Origin: Schizochytrium sp. TIO01
Lineage: Eukaryota > Protista > Bigyra: Labyrinthulomycetes
Direction: 5' to 3'
DNA length: 64,000 nucleotides
NCBI GenBank assembly: GCA_004764695.1
Contig: SMSO01000032.1
Span: 5,426,483 to 5,490,482, forward strand
Shown here: positions 60,720-64,000 of the stretch, in pieces
Layout: every line of letters starts with the position of its first letter
Numbering within the stretch: position 1 is the first letter of the stretch
Notes under the pieces: generated by a model
What the model was told of the DNA's origin: nothing
Seen by the model: only the letters and a program-made list of their open reading frames with translations
Databases searched by the model: none
Program-made: the position numbers and the translations under genes

Positions 60720-62012
60720 CTAAGGATTCGTAGACCGCATACGGAGACCAGCTCGAGTAGCTATCATCTTAACTTGCTTTTCGGTCTGTATGGAGTGACC
60801 CGTAAACCAAGTTTTTACAAATATTTCTCCAGGTCGACGCTCTTCTCCTCTGCGTTTACCCATCTTGCAGTATTTGTCTGGGTTTGGCTCATAGCTTGTC
60901 AGTACGACATGACTTTGGACGATATATTGATTTTTAATTTGACCATCACCATGTTGACTCTTTTTTAGAACAGTCCATGCTTCTCCGACTGGTGTTACAT
61001 ACCTAAGATACGAACGAATATGTTCAATTCGTTTCTGAGTTCTACTGTGGAGCGTGGAGAGATCCGATGACCAAGCCTGTGTTCTTCTAATGTAAACATG
61101 TCTTGTGCTTTTGTCCATTTTGCTATGGTCGCATTCTGCAACATTCTTTGTGGCACTCTCGATAGTACTTTGATCTTTAGACTCGTGCTCTAAAATATCC
61201 TGATTCTTTTCTTTGTAATGGGCTAGTTCGCATTTGGGGTTTTTGATTCTGGCTTTAGCCCTCTTAGTTGATCGGCACGGACTAGGCTTTCTTTTCACCC
61301 CTGTTGTATTGCATGCTTGTTGTTTCGGAGAGCTCTCTAGAACATCATTGTTGCCAGATGCAATGCACTTGAAAAGATCCAATGCTTTCTTCGCACTCGC
61401 GCGCCTTGGTCGGCCCGAAGGCACTTCTATATTATCACTAACATGTGACTGAAGAGACGACAATCGGCCATTGTCACTACAGCCTTGGGTGTTATGAATG
61501 ACTCTAACCAGATCTCTTGATTTTACCTCATCACATGCATCATCTTGGCTGCCGAAGTGTGGAATCTGTTGACTATGCTCTGGATTGGTTTTCCTATCAA
61601 CTTCAGGGGGGCATTCTTCATTGCTTTGGGGAGGCAGCGTGTGTTTAGATCTCCATTCCTCATGGCGATTGTAAAAAAATTGCAAAGCGCACGAGAAATT
61701 GTCTGGGAGAAGAATTTGCAAATACGCGGTAAGTTGGCTTACTTCGTGAAAATTCATTGCAGCGGTCTCTTTATTGGCCCCAACTTTGTCAGGATGGCAC
61801 AAACGCAAACATAATCTACGAAACCTGCCTTTGCTCTGAAGTGACTGGTATATAGTTTTTTTAAGCTGCTCTTTTCCTAGAATATCCACAAGCTTCTTGA
61901 TGCGCAGTTGGATCTGATTCTCCATGCGCAAGGTGCTTGTCGTAACTGGTGTGTTTTCATATTGAGATAGGACACTCGCCCTAGCCTTGCAGTCACTCTT
62001 ACTCTGCAGCAT
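60720..62012 (-). CDS. Orphan protein with a degenerate J-domain (HPD) motif, ~430 aa from ATG 62012
   Basis: The ORF is long and uninterrupted. RFRRLCLRLCHPDKVGANKETAAMNFHEVSQL matches J-domain helix II-HPD-helix III. It also has basic NLS-like stretches (KRKPSPCRSTKRAKARIK). Confidence 0.65.
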   Translation of the reverse strand: MLQSKSDCKARASVLSQYENTPVTTSTLRMENQIQLRIKKLVDILGKEQLKKTIYQSLQSKGRFRRLCLRLCHPDKVGANKETAAMNFHEVSQLTAYLQILLPDNFSCALQFFYNRHEEWRSKHTLPPQSNEECPPEVDRKTNPEHSQQIPHFGSQDDACDEVKSRDLVRVIHNTQGCSDNGRLSSLQSHVSDNIEVPSGRPRRASAKKALDLFKCIASGNNDVLESSPKQQACNTTGVKRKPSPCRSTKRAKARIKNPKCELAHYKEKNQDILEHESKDQSTIESATKNVAECDHSKMDKSTRHVYIRRTQAWSSDLSTLHSRTQKRIEHIRSYLRYVTPVGEAWTVLKKSQHGDGQIKNQYIVQSHVVLTSYEPNPDKYCKMGKRRGEERRPGEIFVKTWFTGHSIQTEKQVKMIATRAGLRMRSTNP

Positions 62013-62869
62013 GTCCGCCAACTGTTTTGCGTAGGGCTCAACCTTCGCTTTGGGATGAGTGATGGCGAGCCTCACTTGCGTTTGAGGGCACGCGTGGGTT
62101 GTCTGTATTCCCTCAAGGCTGACCTGGACTCCTGACGAGGTTCCCGTCAGATTGGGCTAATCAACCTGTTCTTCTTCTTCTCCTAGTTTAGTCGTGGAAG
62201 GCGCTCGGTTCTATGCTTGCCTTAACGTACTATCGCAAATGAGGTCAGCCTGATCTCAATGCGGTCAGAGTTGTGTAATCTGCCGCACCAAAACATGCTA
62301 TACCTCATCACAGTTTGCGACCCTCATCGCTCTCATTATAATTATTTTAATCACTCATAATATGCTACTCTAGGAAACTATATAGTAATTTTTTTTTAAT
62401 CTTGTTCTAAATGTTCCTTTTGATAATAAAACGCTCTCAATGATTTGGCTTGCAGAGAAAATACTCCGACCGCTCCAGCAGACGACTCCGCCCACCTTCT
62501 GCTCCCTGAGGAGACTCGGACCGACTCTTGTAGCTTAGCATAAACCCGTACCTATAGAACGCTCCATGACAAAATAAAACAGCAACGCTCTCATCCCCCC
62601 AGGCTAGCGGCTCTTATCTAAGTTCTGTTGACCTCAAATAAGTAAACGCAATCAACAAGTTCGCCCAAACAAGAGACGTTTACAGGGTATTCGAGAGAGG
62701 TTCTGCCACAACCTAAGTCGCAGAACCATTGGAGGCATGTAGGCTATGGTGTCCAGTACTCCAACAGCACAAGAAGACCGAGGTTTTATGCTCAAACAAG
62801 CCAGCTCAGGAAAGGCTTCAAGAGCGCTCTCAAAATTGAATGAAGTTCCAAAGGTTCCACTAAGCCTCT

Positions 62870-64000
62870 ATGCACAGTCTAGGAATCACTCTAAATCAAG
62901 TTGTGAAGAAAGCAAATCGAGTTGGAAACCAAAGCAAACCCGAAACGAGAATAAAGCGCGGAGCTCTGGCGAACATAGCAGCGAGGAAGATGGTTGCACG
63001 TACGCCACGTGGCAAAAACGAGAGGCAATCCTCCCGCGCGCGTAGCAATGCTGACCTTGAGGGACCAGACGATCCCAGCCCACGCTCGGTGGCATCGATG
63101 AGCACAGCGGACTCGCCTGCCACTGTCGGGTCGAGTGCGCAAAAGCGAAGGGTTGAGGCAGACCATGCGTGGGATGAAATCACGCAGAGATCTGAAGAAT
63201 CGGCGGGGAAGAGACCCAAAAACCGAGATCCTCGGATTGTCGATGAAGAAGGAGAAAGAACTAAGGAGGCCCACTTGAAGACAGTATATGGAGAATTCTA
63301 TTCCGAGCTTCAAAATACAGAAGATGTAAACTCCAGTGTGAAAAAAGATCTTGAACGTGCGCTCAGCGGTATTCAAAAACAAGAAAAGTCTATTGGGAGA
63401 ATGCATGTCTTGAGTAAGAAGGCTATGAGACTGGCTCGAACGGATACAATTGAATGGAGACACAGATTTGAGCAACTGATCGCCTTCTTCCATAAGCAGA
63501 CGGACCTGGTTAGTAAGCTTCACGAAGACATTGATCGCCTCAACAAGGAGATTGATTCGGCAGAGCCCGGTCAAAATGAGAACTCTGATGATATATCTGC
63601 GCTCAATCAACAAATTGTTGATCTGACCAATGATAAAGAGACTCTCATTCGGGAAAACAAATCCCTGGAAGGGGACAAGGAAAGGCTTATCGAGCAACGC
63701 GACACCTTGGAGAAGCAGCTTGCGGAGGAGAAGGAGAAGCTTGAACGTGCGAGTTTGGACCTTGCCAAGGTGGTAGCTGAGTCCAATCTCCCCAAGAATG
63801 TGGATAGCGTTTTTGCGCACGCGTTCTTTGAAAACCGACGCAAGGAAAATGACATGCTAAGCATTGGAAATCGTCTTTCAAATGATGCCAAGGACTACGA
63901 TGAGTTGTCCGTAGAGTACGTCAAAATGATCTATTCTGACAACTCACCTATTTCAATGGAATCATCTGACAAAGAGATCCTGCAGAAGCCTATTTGGAAA
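62870..64000 (+). CDS. Coiled-coil hypothetical protein, open to the window end (>=377 codons; absent from the ORF track because it has no stop)
   Basis: The frame is stop-free from ATG 62870 (alternative ATG 62990) to 64000: ...MSTADSPATVGSSAQKRRVE...LNQQIVDLTNDKETLIRENKSLEGDKERLIEQRDTLEKQLAEEKEKLERASLDL... Confidence 0.8.
   Translation, partial: MHSLGITLNQVVKKANRVGNQSKPETRIKRGALANIAARKMVARTPRGKNERQSSRARSNADLEGPDDPSPRSVASMSTADSPATVGSSAQKRRVEADHAWDEITQRSEESAGKRPKNRDPRIVDEEGERTKEAHLKTVYGEFYSELQNTEDVNSSVKKDLERALSGIQKQEKSIGRMHVLSKKAMRLARTDTIEWRHRFEQLIAFFHKQTDLVSKLHEDIDRLNKEIDSAEPGQNENSDDISALNQQIVDLTNDKETLIRENKSLEGDKERLIEQRDTLEKQLAEEKEKLERASLDLAKVVAESNLPKNVDSVFAHAFFENRRKENDMLSIGNRLSNDAKDYDELSVEYVKMIYSDNSPISMESSDKEILQKPIWK

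Noticed and set aside
62891-63820. 309-aa minus-strand ORF
   Set aside because: It is the antisense shadow of the plus-strand coiled-coil frame 62870->64000, which has far more protein-like composition.

Overview
This is eukaryotic nuclear DNA, not prokaryotic. Genes are intron-poor, with GTAAGT/GTACGT donors and CTRAC branch sites, and there are long (AAAG)n/(TTTA)n microsatellites and a flagellar central-pair gene. This style suggests a thraustochytrid/labyrinthulomycete-type stramenopile, which is inference only. Blocks of conserved housekeeping genes encode importin-4, AMPK beta, a CLAMP/C1a-32-like flagellar protein, COG2, DIM1, a multi-EF-hand protein, RAD17, a Rab11-like GTPase, alpha-actinin, a DUF4097/FAM185A-like protein and a Golgi-type sulfotransferase. 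These blocks alternate with gene-poor stretches (about 7.4-11.9, 29-36, 38.2-42.6 and 51.4-58.4 kb) made of microsatellite-bounded islands. The islands hold decayed gene fragments (kinase, Crinkler-like, ankyrin/F-box-like) and TpA-rich patches. The most notable locus is at the right end. It has an intact but strongly remodelled histone H3 variant with partial cenH3-like features, an orphan HPD/J-domain-like protein with a possible MBD-like C-terminus, and a divergently transcribed coiled-coil ORF that runs off the window. I reconstructed exon structures by hand for five spliced genes. All family calls come from motif recognition, with no database searches. I found no rRNA, convincing tRNA, CRISPR array, intact transposase/RT or viral hallmark gene.
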